Shown here: positions 1-9,350 of the stretch, piece after piece
Numbering within the stretch: the stretch's first letter is position 1
Layout of the letters: each line of letters starts with the position of its first letter
NCBI GenBank assembly: GCA_963718895.1
Contig: CAVRAG010000004.1
Span: forward strand, 96,001-160,000
From: an uncultured Nitrososphaerota archaeon
GTDB taxonomy: Archaea > Thermoproteota > Nitrososphaeria > Nitrososphaerales > Gagatemarchaeaceae
Length of the DNA stretch: 64,000 nucleotides
Direction: 5' to 3'
Program-made: the position numbers and the translations under genes
The notes under the pieces: generated by a model
Told to the model about the DNA's origin: nothing
Seen by the model: the letters and a program-made list of their open reading frames with translations, nothing else
Databases searched by the model: none

Positions 1-1
1 G

Positions 2-424
2 TTGGGGAGGTGCTATGACCTGTTGCTGGACCTCCGCTACATCCTCTCCAGGACCCTGACGAAATCGCATCCGGAAGAGAGGAGGGAGGTCAAGGAGAAG
101 CTGGTCGTGATTCGAAACCTTCTGCTCAAGTACAACCCGTCGCTCAAGCGGGAAGATCTCGAAAGCAACGAATCCAAGGGAACGGAGATCGGCATCAAGG
201 ACCTCCTGAGCGGAGGGATACTGTGGGAGAAGAGGTTCATAAAATGGGGCCTCAAGGACCGATATCTGCACCTCGTAAGCCTGGCAAAAGAGTTGCCGGA
301 AGGTCCTGTCAAAGAAGAGATACTCGGCTCCCTTGATCTGTTCAGGGAAGTCGCCGGAAGGGTGGACGGCAGCCTGAAGGGCCTGGAGGCTCCCTCACAA
401 TCTCCTGAAAGTCCTAACCCTTGA
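2..424 (+). CDS. hypothetical protein, probably 5'-truncated by the window edge
   Basis: 140-aa ORF with natural charged helical composition; no family recognised. Confidence 0.6.
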   Translation: MGRCYDLLLDLRYILSRTLTKSHPEERREVKEKLVVIRNLLLKYNPSLKREDLESNESKGTEIGIKDLLSGGILWEKRFIKWGLKDRYLHLVSLAKELPEGPVKEEILGSLDLFREVAGRVDGSLKGLEAPSQSPESPNP

Positions 425-506
425 TGCTAGACTGCTCCATGTCGAGCATCTCCTCTGCCTCCTGCAGATAATTCTTGTAGAGCTTCTCATCGACCGGCTT
501 TGCCAT
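414..506 (-). pseudogene. truncated HEPN-like stub (MAKPVDEKLYKNYLQEAEEMLDMEQSSIKG*)
   Basis: ATG at 506 overlaps the end of the MNT gene, as in MNT-HEPN pairs; resembles the first HEPN helix; stops after 30 codons. Confidence 0.4.
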
Positions 507-1110
507 TCTTGACCATCTCCTTCAGGTCTCTTCTGCGCACGAGGATATAGCGTTCAAGAATCGACTTTTCAAGGTCGATGTCGTGGTCTCGACGGAACTT
601 TTTCTCGCCCAGAATCAACGGAGACAGCGCATGACCAAATCGAGAAACCGTGGTGTCCATGGCCCTGGCCGCGCATTCAGTTGCAAATTCTCGGTCATCT
701 GAGATGATCAGGAGGTCGACGTCGCTGGCCTCTCCCTCGTCGCCCCTGGCCACGCTTCCGAAAATGGCCGCCGAGATTATCCTCGGGTCATCGAAGAAGG
801 GTGCGATTGCCGAGACTAGGGAGGCCACGGTGTCCTTCTCTGCGGTGAATAGTGGTTCTATCAGAGAGTTCACGGCGTAGCTCTCTTTGTTCAGGCTCAC
901 CTGGTATGCCTTGCCCACGGGCTGGAGCCTCACCACGCCCCTCCTCTCCAGCTCCTTCAGCACCGACGATGCCTGCGGATGGGAGACACCGGCAGCCGCG
1001 GAGAGCTCCCTGACAGTGAAGACCTTGCCCTCATAGCGCGCCAACGTCCTGAGGAGGCGGATGCTCGTCTTGCTCCCGAGGATATCGGCGGCGTATTCGT
1101 GGAGTGCCAC
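487..1110 (-). CDS. wHTH-fused minimal nucleotidyltransferase (MNT antitoxin)
   Basis: N-terminal HTH (TVRELSAAAGVSHPQAS...LKELERRGVV) and GS-x10-DxD motif (GSVARGDEGEASDVD); likely start GTG 1110. Confidence 0.85.
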   Translation of the reverse strand: MALHEYAADILGSKTSIRLLRTLARYEGKVFTVRELSAAAGVSHPQASSVLKELERRGVVRLQPVGKAYQVSLNKESYAVNSLIEPLFTAEKDTVASLVSAIAPFFDDPRIISAAIFGSVARGDEGEASDVDLLIISDDREFATECAARAMDTTVSRFGHALSPLILGEKKFRRDHDIDLEKSILERYILVRRRDLKEMVKNGKAGR

Positions 1111-1128
1111 GTGGGTGCTATCCACAAG

Positions 1129-1167
1129 TGGTAGAAATACTTTCCATATGGTAGATACACATACCAT
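1129..1167. promoter_or_regulatory. two tandem palindromic operator-like sites upstream of the wHTH-MNT gene
   Basis: TGGTA-N8-TTCCA (1129-1146) and TGGTA-N8-TACCA (1149-1166), 20-bp period, 19-57 nt upstream of the minus-strand start. Confidence 0.5.
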
Positions 1168-1228
1168 CTCCGGGCCCGAATGCCGCGCATCGAAAAGCGA
1201 GATTGTAGGAGGGGACCACACTCGTGGG

Positions 1229-1663
1229 TCATTTCATGTTAAGAAGCTCTAGAGTCTTGCTGACGAACTTCTCTGCGTACTGAACCAGATTTCGACCCTG
1301 TGTTTCGGAGATTGAGCCTGCGCGGTCGTAGAGCGACTCGTTCCTGCGCCTTCTGGCCTTTTCGAAGGCCTGTAGGACCTCGGCGTCAAACTTGTTTGCG
1401 TAGACCGCCTGAACGAAGGAGATTACCGCTGTGTGGTGCTCTTGGCTCCTCGGCCTGTACCCCTTCGAGAACATGAGCGCCCTGCCCGCTTGGAGCATCG
1501 AGTTGTAGGCTGCATTGTGAGCCCATCCCCACTCCTGTATCCCCAGCATATGCTTCGCTGAGGCGAGGTCGTTCTTCGCGATTTCGGCCTCGTTCCTTAC
1601 CTGATCCTCATCAGACTGGTACTTCTCAACCAGTCCGTTTTTCAATAACTCGCTTAAACTCAT
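1229..1663 (-). CDS. HEPN domain protein (toxin, RX4Y type)
   Basis: HEPN pattern: AYNSMLQAGRALM...G...EHHTAVI...RRNESLY; directly downstream of an MNT domain. Confidence 0.88.
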   Translation of the reverse strand: MSLSELLKNGLVEKYQSDEDQVRNEAEIAKNDLASAKHMLGIQEWGWAHNAAYNSMLQAGRALMFSKGYRPRSQEHHTAVISFVQAVYANKFDAEVLQAFEKARRRRNESLYDRAGSISETQGRNLVQYAEKFVSKTLELLNMK

Positions 1664-2622
1664 TCTCTTCGCCTATTACCATCATCACCGGTGTCTTCCC
1701 TATCTCGCGTATCAGCGGAATCTGGTCTCGAACCTTCTCTCCAAGCTCCCCGTCGGTCCACAGATTGTAGTTCACTTCCCGCCCCGTTCTCCTCTCCACC
1801 TCGTTCACGGCTTTCAAAAGCTTGTCCTCCGCTATATCCCCCACCACAAGCAGGTCGATGTCGCTCTTCTCGCCCTCCACCCCTTTCCAAACGATCCGTA
1901 GATGACCGCGTTCTTGACCTGTTCAGCCCCAAGTTTGCTCGCAAGCAACTCATCCAGGAACTCGTACTTCAGGAATATCCTCTTCAGCTCATCGTATATC
2001 ACACTCTTTTTGTTGATGACGTACAGTGACTATTTGCCCTTGATGCTCTTCTTCATCAGCTCAGATTGAGCAGAAGCTGCACTCCTTTGACGTGCGGATG
2101 CTGCATACCTGCCTTCCTCGCAATATCGTTGAGATGAAACGCCGAGCTGGAATTGAGGAAGAGGAGCTTGAGGATGAGAATCTGGCCACGCGACCTGAAC
2201 GGCCTTTCGAGCGAACTCCTCAAGACCACTTCGCGGACTTTCGGCTTCTCGTGGAGGATTACTTCTCTCACCGACGCCAGAGCCTCTCCGCGCTCAGGTT
2301 TCACAGCTTCCGCGACCCCTCCGTTGATCAGCAGCAGCCCAATGCCAAGGTTCCTACAGGCGGTCAAGAGTTCTCGATCTTCTCTCTCCTTAGGCAAGGC
2401 GAGGTAGGCGATATTTGCTGCGTGCTTGTAGTGAAGCGTTTGTTCGAGGCCGAGCCTCGGGTCACCGAGGCTTCCTTTGACCTCGACGACGGCAATCTCT
2501 CCGCCCCTGACTGCTACGATGTCGGCTATCCTGCCCCTGAGCTTGACTTCTCTTGAGACCTTCCATCCAGCGGCTGACAAGTAATCGGCCACCTTCGAGG
2601 CGATCACAGGCTCCGATGGCAT
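1626..2622 (-). pseudogene. PD-(D/E)XK-like nuclease + wHTH + MNT fusion, disrupted by frameshifts and an in-frame TAG
   Basis: N-terminal REV...IADIVA...VVEVKG; middle HTH (FHLNDIARKAG); C-terminal IYGSFGKG|VEGEKSDIDLLVVG reconstructed across ORFs 2056-2664 and 1626-1880 plus the frame between them. Confidence 0.7.
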
Positions 2623-2711
2623 AATAAAAGCCGTATTTTTCATAAACGAATAATCATTCTCCAAATAGAAACGGGAGTATTAATAAACTTGCCTGCTAGG
2701 TTTGGGGTGAG

Positions 2712-4005
2712 TCAGAAGGGTAGCTTGACGACAACCTCGGAGTCAGGGAGTTGAGCGATGTACTCCCATCCCTGACTGATGTGGGTCTTCAGCTCGCTCA
2801 TGGGAATCACCTTCTGCTTGTGCCCGTTGTTCGCCATGGCTCCAAGAAGCTTCTCCCGCACCATCTTCTGGAAGTCCTCGTCCTTGATGCTCGAGAGATC
2901 GAGCTTGTCGACCTCCTCCTCGCTGTACCCGGCGACCTGCATCAGGATCTCCCTCCTGAAGGACTCCTTGATCTCGTCCTGGCTCATCCCCCGCTTCCGC
3001 AGCATTATCGTGACCGCGTCCATCCCCTTGAGATAGAACTCCCTCATCTGGTCCTCTGTGTATCGTCGGTACGCAGAGTCCAGGAAGAGCTTGTGCCCCA
3101 TGAGCGCCTCGGCGATGTCCCTTCCCAGCGGCTGCAGCATCTGCGTGAAGAAGAACTTCCTCAGACAGTGGATGTGGATGGTATCCCTCCCGTGGTCATC
3201 CTTCATCGGCCAGCCCGGCAGTTCTTCAGCGCCAGCGAGAAGATGTGGTCAGCGTTCCAGTAGGACATCGGAAGGTTGCCGGTCTTGTGCTCCTGTCCGC
3301 GGGTCGAAGTCTGGAAGATGTAGTCGTCCGGATTGTTGACCCGTTCGCTGGAGGAAATCCTTCAGGAACGTGACCGCCTCGTCGCTGATGAAGCAATACC
3401 TCGCCTGCCTGTCCTTGGTCACCTCTGCCCTCAGGCGTACCGTCGCCGGATTCTTGGACAGGTCGATGTCCTTCACCCTGAGAGTCAGGAACTCTCCGAC
3501 CCTCATCCCGCTCGACGCAAGCATCGTGACAAGGGCCTTTCCGCGCGAATCCGTGTGCATGAGGACGCTCCTGAGCTCTTCCGGTGTCGGCACCCTGTCT
3601 GCGGTGACGGCGTGATACCTGGGAGGTCCACCTTGACCCTCATCTTGGCGTTGTCTAGCTCGAAGTCGTTGATGGCGAGGAACTTCTTCACGGCCGAGAG
3701 ACGGTTCCTGAGAGAGTTGGGAGCGAACTTGTCCTTGAGCATCCAGGCCACGTATCCGTCGAGGACCTTGTAGACGTCGTTCTTCCTCATGTAGTGCCAG
3801 GGCATCGTTCGGCAGCATCTCGAGGTAGCTGCAAAAGTCCATCATCCCTCCCAGTGGCATTCTCGACACTCTTCCTGGAGCCGCGCCTCCCCACCTTCTC
3901 CAGGTAGATCTTCAGCTGCGAGACAACCTCGTCTCGATGATCCCTCCTCCACTCGTACGCCTTCCTGTTTAGGACCTTCATGCAGGGCGGGAGGTTGCGT
4001 CCCAA
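2712..4005 (-). mobile_element. tyrosine recombinase/integrase, multiply frameshifted
   Basis: SSGMRVGEFLTLRVKDID (catalytic R), HCLRK, LMGH and AYR spread over four overlapping ORFs, with an N-terminal core-binding domain. Confidence 0.85.
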
Positions 4006-4040
4006 CCCGCATTTAAGCCTTGACAGGTAGCAGTTAACTG

Positions 4041-5504
4041 CTAGATATCGAAGTAGAGGTAGAACTCGTACGGGTGAGGCCTCGCGGAGACCGCCCTGTA
4101 GTTGGCCATCTCGAGCTCGATCATCATCTCGATGAGGTCGTCCGAGAAGACGCCCTTGAGGAACTCCGAGTCGGACTTGAGGGACTCGATCGCCTCGAGG
4201 AGGCTACCGGGGAGCTCCTTGACCCCGAGCTCCTTCCTCTTCTTCGGTGTGAGCTCGTAGATGTCCTGGTTGACCGGGTCTCCGGGGTCGAGCTTGTGCT
4301 TTATCCCGTCCAGGCCGGCCGAGACGATGGCCGCGAACGCAAGGTACGGGTTCGAGGATGGGTCGGGCGTCCTGAACTCGGCCCTCTTGCCCTTCATGCC
4401 GGACTTGCCCTTGTAGTGGAGCGGAATCCTCACGTTGGCCGACCTGTTACCTCTGGACCACGCGACGTAGACGGGCGCTTCGTAGCCCGGGACCAGTCTC
4501 CTGTATGAGTTCGTGGTGGGGTTTGTTATGGCGCACAGGGCCCTGCTGTGGGCCAGGAGCCCTCCCACATAGTACCTCCCGGTCTGGCTGAGGTTGGCGT
4601 AGTCGTCCTTCTCGTCGTAGAAGGCGTTCTTGTCGTCCTTCCAGAGACTCGAGGAGACGTGCATGCCAGAAGCGTTGTCGCCGAAGATCGGCTTCGGCAT
4701 TATCGTGGCGATCATCCCCCTGTTCGATGCCACGTTCTTCACCACATACTTGTAGGTCACGATACTGTCTGCCATCGGCGTTAGGGTGTCCCTGTAGATG
4801 TTGATCTCGCACTGCCCCGCCGTCGCGACCTCGTGGTGGTGCGCGTCGTTGACGATGCCGAAAGACTCGTCGAGCGTGTAGGCCACCTCGCTCCTGTAGT
4901 CCTGCAGCGTGTCTGAAGGAGGCGTGGGGTAGTATCCTTCCTTGAACCTGATAGGATAGTTCGTTCCACGGGCCTCGTTGGCTGACTCGACGGACGTGAT
5001 CCTGTGGCTCGTCCCGAACGGGCTCGAGACGTCCCAGGTGACAGAGTCAAAGACGAAGAACTCCATCTCGGGCCCCCAGTACGACTCGGTGAAACCCGCC
5101 GACTTGACGGCCACCTCGGCCTTCTGGGCGATGTATCGGGGGTCCCTTGAGAACCTTCCCTTCTGGTAGCCCCAGTGGACGTCGCAGATCATCCTCGCCG
5201 TCGGAAAGCGCTGGTCGCCCCACGGGATTATCCCGAACGTCGAGGGGTCCGGGAGCAGAAGCATGTCGGAATCAAAAATCTCGGCGAAGCCCTTGATCGA
5301 AGAGCCGTCCAGCTTTGGGACTCCTCCCTCGAAGGCATCCTCATCGAGCATGTTGTTCGGGATTGTGACATGCTGTGTGCGACCCGGGACGTCCGTGAAC
5401 TGCAGGTCGATGAACCGTATTCCCTTTGACGCTACAGCGTCTATGATTTGTTTCGGTGTCCGCTTTCTCGGAACATAGCCTTTTGCCGACTTGTCGAAAG
5501 GCAT
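4041..5504 (-). CDS. glnA: glutamine synthetase type I
   Basis: DGSSIKGF, GPEMEFF, HHHEVATAGQCE, MPKPIFGDNASGMH, SYRRLVPGYEAP, RAEFRTPDP. Confidence 0.97.
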   Translation of the reverse strand: MPFDKSAKGYVPRKRTPKQIIDAVASKGIRFIDLQFTDVPGRTQHVTIPNNMLDEDAFEGGVPKLDGSSIKGFAEIFDSDMLLLPDPSTFGIIPWGDQRFPTARMICDVHWGYQKGRFSRDPRYIAQKAEVAVKSAGFTESYWGPEMEFFVFDSVTWDVSSPFGTSHRITSVESANEARGTNYPIRFKEGYYPTPPSDTLQDYRSEVAYTLDESFGIVNDAHHHEVATAGQCEINIYRDTLTPMADSIVTYKYVVKNVASNRGMIATIMPKPIFGDNASGMHVSSSLWKDDKNAFYDEKDDYANLSQTGRYYVGGLLAHSRALCAITNPTTNSYRRLVPGYEAPVYVAWSRGNRSANVRIPLHYKGKSGMKGKRAEFRTPDPSSNPYLAFAAIVSAGLDGIKHKLDPGDPVNQDIYELTPKKRKELGVKELPGSLLEAIESLKSDSEFLKGVFSDDLIEMMIELEMANYRAVSARPHPYEFYLYFDI

Positions 5505-5552
5505 CGATTGGGCCGGTTCCCGAATCAGCGGTTATAAGTTTTACCATGGGGT

Positions 5553-5571
5553 TTTACATTCGTCATGTAAA
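5553..5571. promoter_or_regulatory. perfect inverted repeat TTTACAT-N5-ATGTAAA between divergent glnA and Lrp genes
   Basis: 7-bp arms seen directly, between TATA-like boxes of both genes. Confidence 0.5.
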
Positions 5572-5621
5572 TAATAATAACGCTTATCAAATGCGCACTA
5601 TCTAGGGACTGTTGCTCACAA

Positions 5622-6077
5622 ATGAAACTGGACAATCTGGACAGGTCGCTGCTCAAAGAGCTGGAGATTGATGGCCGCCAGTCGTTCAGGGACCTCGCCA
5701 AGAAGACGGGCGTCTCTGTGGTCACCGTCGCCCAGCGGGTGAGGAAGCTCGAGGAGGACGGGACGATCAGGGGCTACTCCGGGCGCCTGAGCCAGGAGAA
5801 GCTCGGTTACGAGATCACGACGATAACCGAGGTGACGGTCTCGAAGGGCAAGCTCGTCGAGGTGCAGGAACGGATTGCCAAGATGAACTCGGTCTGCGCC
5901 GTCTACGACGTCACCGGAATAGAGGACAGCATAGTGATATCAAAGTTCAGAAACAGGGACGAGGTCAGCAAGTTCGCCAAGGAGCTCCTGACCGTCCCCC
6001 ACGTCGAGAGGACCAACACGCACCTCGTCTTGAACACGTACAAGGAAGACCTGAGGTACCCGTTCATCTCAGAATAA
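5622..6077 (+). CDS. Lrp/AsnC family transcriptional regulator
   Basis: LDNLDRSLLKELEIDGRQSFRDLAKKTGVS...RVRKLEEDGTI HTH; YDVTG RAM domain. Confidence 0.95.
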   Translation: MKLDNLDRSLLKELEIDGRQSFRDLAKKTGVSVVTVAQRVRKLEEDGTIRGYSGRLSQEKLGYEITTITEVTVSKGKLVEVQERIAKMNSVCAVYDVTGIEDSIVISKFRNRDEVSKFAKELLTVPHVERTNTHLVLNTYKEDLRYPFISE

Positions 6078-6121
6078 GGGCCCCCATTCTTCATATAGCA
6101 CGCTTACTCAGCGCCCACAGT

Positions 6122-6427
6122 TTGAGACCGGAGAGAAAGAACGACCTCCCCGCCTACAGCGTCGTGATAGACGACGTCAGCGGAGGAGACATAGCGAACA
6201 TTCTGCGGGGATACATCGTCGTAGCGGGCCAGAAGATACGGTTCACCGGAATCGCCTACGGACGCTACGGCGGGCAGAACGTGGCGCCGCGTCTCTCGCG
6301 CGTCGCAAAGAAGAAACTCAAGGAGGTCTTCGGGGACCTTCCCAAGTTCGAGGAGGACCTGCAGATGAAGCTCGTCAGCGGCGAGTTCGAGGTAAAGCCG
6401 AAGGCAGGGGTCATGCCTCCTCAGTAG
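6122..6427 (+). CDS. hypothetical protein
   Basis: 101-aa ORF with host-like codon usage, operonic with the next gene. Confidence 0.7.
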   Translation: MRPERKNDLPAYSVVIDDVSGGDIANILRGYIVVAGQKIRFTGIAYGRYGGQNVAPRLSRVAKKKLKEVFGDLPKFEEDLQMKLVSGEFEVKPKAGVMPPQ

Positions 6428-7382
6428 TTGGGAGGGACAGGGAACGAACCTCATAGTCGGAGGCACCGGGTTCATCGGAGGCCACCTAGCGGAATACTTC
6501 TTCACCGAGGGCGAGATCTCCAAGGGCATCTTCAGGAAGGGGTCGCACCTGAGGATAATGGATCAGTGCGGCATACAGTGCCTGGAGGCGGACATCATGG
6601 ACAGGCACACCCTGCACGAGCCGCTGGACGCGGTAGATGTGGTCTACAACCTCGCGTCGCCACCGCCAGGAAGCGCGCATGAAGATTTTGTGAAGTACAA
6701 CCAGGGAGGCCTCACGAACCTGCTCGAGGAGGCACACGAGCACGGGACGAAGACCTTTGTCCATCTGAGCTGCCTTGACGTGTATGGATTCGGCTCGGGA
6801 AGGACGATAGGGAAGGAGAGGGTTCCGAGCCCGACAGACGACTACCAGCGGTCGAAGCTGGAGGGCGAGAGGGTAGCGACGGAGTTCGGGAAGAGCCACC
6901 CCGGCCTGCAGGTCCGGATCATACGGGCCGCGAAGGCCGTCGGCTCGAGGGACCCGGCCATCGTCACGCCAATCCTGAAGATGATCGAGCGGGGCAAGGT
7001 CGTCCTCCCTCCGGGCGGTTCCGACAAGCTTTCAGTCACCCACCCGAAGGACGTGGCCCAGGCGCTCCTCAAGGCGTCGTCGTCGGTCGGCGACTCTACA
7101 CCCTATCAGGTGAAGTCCTTCGACCTGAGCCTCGACGAGCTGGCAGAGGCGCTGGTGAAGGCGGGGGGGAAGGGCGTTGAGGTGAAGCAGCAGGGAGTGT
7201 TCTCGGGCAGGGGCCTCATCCCGCAGTACGCGGCCGAGGAGATAAAGGCCGGCTTGACCCTCGCGGAGGAAGACTCGTCGAAGAAGCTGGCGTACCTGCC
7301 AGCATTCAATCTGGAGAAGGTCGTGGCGGAGGTGTCTGCGTGGTACCGGAAAGAGCCATGGGTGACGAAAAGCCCGGAATAG
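6428..7382 (+). CDS. NAD-dependent epimerase/dehydratase (extended SDR); apparent extra G just after the start
   Basis: LIVGGTGFIGGHL lies in frame upstream of ORF 6558; YQRSK (YxxxK); TTG start at 6428 is out of frame by one base. Confidence 0.85.
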
Positions 7383-8350
7383 GCTACATCCTCGGCCGCA
7401 TCGGCAGGATGGTCGCGTCGAGCAAGGACAAGCGCGCCACCGCCCTGGCCGAGCTCAGGTCGGCCGAGGAAGGGGATCCGTTCAGGATACTCATCGGGAC
7501 CGTCCTCTCCCACCGGACCAGGGACGAGAGCACGAGCAAGGCGACAGAGAGACTGTTCTCGGTCTACGACACTCCTCAGAAGCTCGCCGACGCAGACCCG
7601 AAGTCTGTGAGGGAGCTCATAAGGGTGGTCGGCTTCTACAACATGAAGACCAGGAACGTGATCAGGGTCGCCAAGCAGATAGTGACCGAGTTCGGCGGAG
7701 AGGTCCCGGACGACCTGGAGAGCCTGCTGACCCTTCACGCCGTCGGGAGGAAGACCGCGAACTGCGTCCTGGTCTACGCCTTCAACAAGCCCGCGATACC
7801 TGTGGATACGCACGTCCACAGAATCGCGAACAGGCTCGGGCTGGTGCAGACCAAGACCCCGGAGGAGACCGAGGTCGAGCTGACGAGGACCATCCCCAAG
7901 AAGTACTGGCTGGAGCTGAACGAGCTGTTCGTCAGGTTCGGGCAGACGACCTGCAAGCCCGTCGGTCCCAGATGCGACATCTGCACGCTCACCGCGAGCT
8001 GCAGGTACTACCGCGAGGTCGTCCTTCCCAGGACTAGCTCGAGAGGGCTAGGTGCCCTTCTCGTTCTGGTAGAACCCCGAATAGAGCGACGTCGCCGGTC
8101 TCTCGTTCCTGAAGAAGACCAGCTGGACGAGGGCTTCGCTCCGGTGGACCCTCGCGCCGATGGGTGTGAATATCACCTGGGTGGGCTCCCCACGGTACCC
8201 GCTGTCGAAGACCGCCGATTCCAGCTTGATGATCCCGAGCCTGTTCATGGTGGAGCGTGGGAAGGCGAAGCCCGTGCAGGTGGGCGGGATGGTCACCTCC
8301 GGGAACCTCAGCTCGTACATGCCTCCGCGCTCGAAGAGGTAGAAGCCTGA
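7358..8350 (+). CDS. nth: endonuclease III (HhH-GPD glycosylase/AP lyase); true end probably near 8037
   Basis: VGRKTANCVL, PVDTHVHRIANRLG, C-x6-C-x2-C-x5-C FeS motif; the read-through tail is antisense to the next gene. Confidence 0.93.
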   Translation: MGDEKPGIGYILGRIGRMVASSKDKRATALAELRSAEEGDPFRILIGTVLSHRTRDESTSKATERLFSVYDTPQKLADADPKSVRELIRVVGFYNMKTRNVIRVAKQIVTEFGGEVPDDLESLLTLHAVGRKTANCVLVYAFNKPAIPVDTHVHRIANRLGLVQTKTPEETEVELTRTIPKKYWLELNELFVRFGQTTCKPVGPRCDICTLTASCRYYREVVLPRTSSRGLGALLVLVEPRIERRRRSLVPEEDQLDEGFAPVDPRADGCEYHLGGLPTVPAVEDRRFQLDDPEPVHGGAWEGEARAGGRDGHLREPQLVHASALEEVEA

Positions 8351-8551
8351 AGCGTCCGGCGCAAGGTCCTCCTTCTCCGTCACGAGGTCCCCTCCTGGCC
8401 CGAGATAACCCCTCTCGCCACCGTGCAGGTAGATCGTCGAGTCCATCGGGAGCCTCGAGACCTGCTTCGGGGCCAGGTCGACGCCGTTCGGGTTGACCTT
8501 GACGTAGGCCTTGCAGCAGGCCGCGACCTCCTCGCCACTTACGACTGACAT
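8048..8551 (-). CDS. trimeric dUTPase / dCTP deaminase family protein
   Basis: NPNGVDL, FPRSTMNRLG, VFDSGYRG, QLVF, YSGFYQNE. Confidence 0.88.
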   Translation of the reverse strand: MSVVSGEEVAACCKAYVKVNPNGVDLAPKQVSRLPMDSTIYLHGGERGYLGPGGDLVTEKEDLAPDASGFYLFERGGMYELRFPEVTIPPTCTGFAFPRSTMNRLGIIKLESAVFDSGYRGEPTQVIFTPIGARVHRSEALVQLVFFRNERPATSLYSGFYQNEKGT

Positions 8552-8600
8552 CGGGGAGTACCCTCCCCCGGAGAACTAAATAGCCTAGCGAGCGGTCTGA

Positions 8601-9293
8601 CTACGACCTGGTCGCCCAGAACCCGGTCGCGGCCCCTCCCGAGAGCCGCTTCCTCCCGACGTTGCCGAACCCAGCCAATCTCAGCTGGCCCTCGAACTCC
8701 TCATCCCAGCGCCGGGTCTGTATCACGGTGGGGAGCGCTTCGTAGGTGAAAGCGCCTCTGGCTTTGGCCAGCCGGAGGAGCGCGCCGAGTATCCTCAGCA
8801 CCCCGTAGACGTAGAATGCCAGGAAAGGCGCATAGGCGCCCCTGGGGCTCGAGAAGTCGTAGAGCACGAGCCTTCCTCCGGGGCGGAGGACCCGGGCGGC
8901 CTCAGAGGCGAGGACCGACGCGCTGCAGTACTTCACGACGTAGCACGAGACCAGGAGATCGAAGGCGCCATCCGAGAAAGGGAGGTTCTCGGCATCGCCA
9001 AGGCAGAGCGAGCTCATCGACGGAATCCGCTTTCGTTGTGCCTCCCGGATCATCTCCTCGGTGAGGTCCAGGCCGACGACCCCGCGCTCGTCGGCCGCAA
9101 GGTGCTCCTCCAGGACTCCCGTCCCGCACCCGACATCGAGAATCTTCTCCCCCTCCTGGATGGAGGCCTTCTCCAGGAGCCATCTCTTCCAGTACCTGTC
9201 CTGCAGGAGGGTGGCGACCTCCAGCACCCTGTCATAGGACGGTGACAGTCCCTCGAAGATCCTCCGGGCGAGGGGTTGGAGGCCCCGGCTCAA
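8601..9293 (-). CDS. UbiE/MenG-like class I SAM methyltransferase
   Basis: YD...D.YWK, LDVGCGTG, GDAENLPFSDGAFD, RVLRPGG. Confidence 0.88.
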   Translation of the reverse strand: MSRGLQPLARRIFEGLSPSYDRVLEVATLLQDRYWKRWLLEKASIQEGEKILDVGCGTGVLEEHLAADERGVVGLDLTEEMIREAQRKRIPSMSSLCLGDAENLPFSDGAFDLLVSCYVVKYCSASVLASEAARVLRPGGRLVLYDFSSPRGAYAPFLAFYVYGVLRILGALLRLAKARGAFTYEALPTVIQTRRWDEEFEGQLRLAGFGNVGRKRLSGGAATGFWATRS

Positions 9294-9350
9294 CGTTCTC
9301 CTCCGCGCCGGGATAGCTTAATAATCTGAGGGGTCCAGTTTCCCTCTCGG

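Noticed and set aside
2030-2032. In-frame TAG in the MNT fusion as pyrrolysine or stop recoding
   Set aside because: TAG ends many normal genes here, no pyl genes are present, and the same gene has other lesions.
8038-8350. C-terminal extension of Nth overlapping the dUTPase gene antisense by about 300 nt
   Set aside because: Adding one C in CTTCCCAGGACTAG gives a normal stop near 8037; the tail looks like shadow translation.
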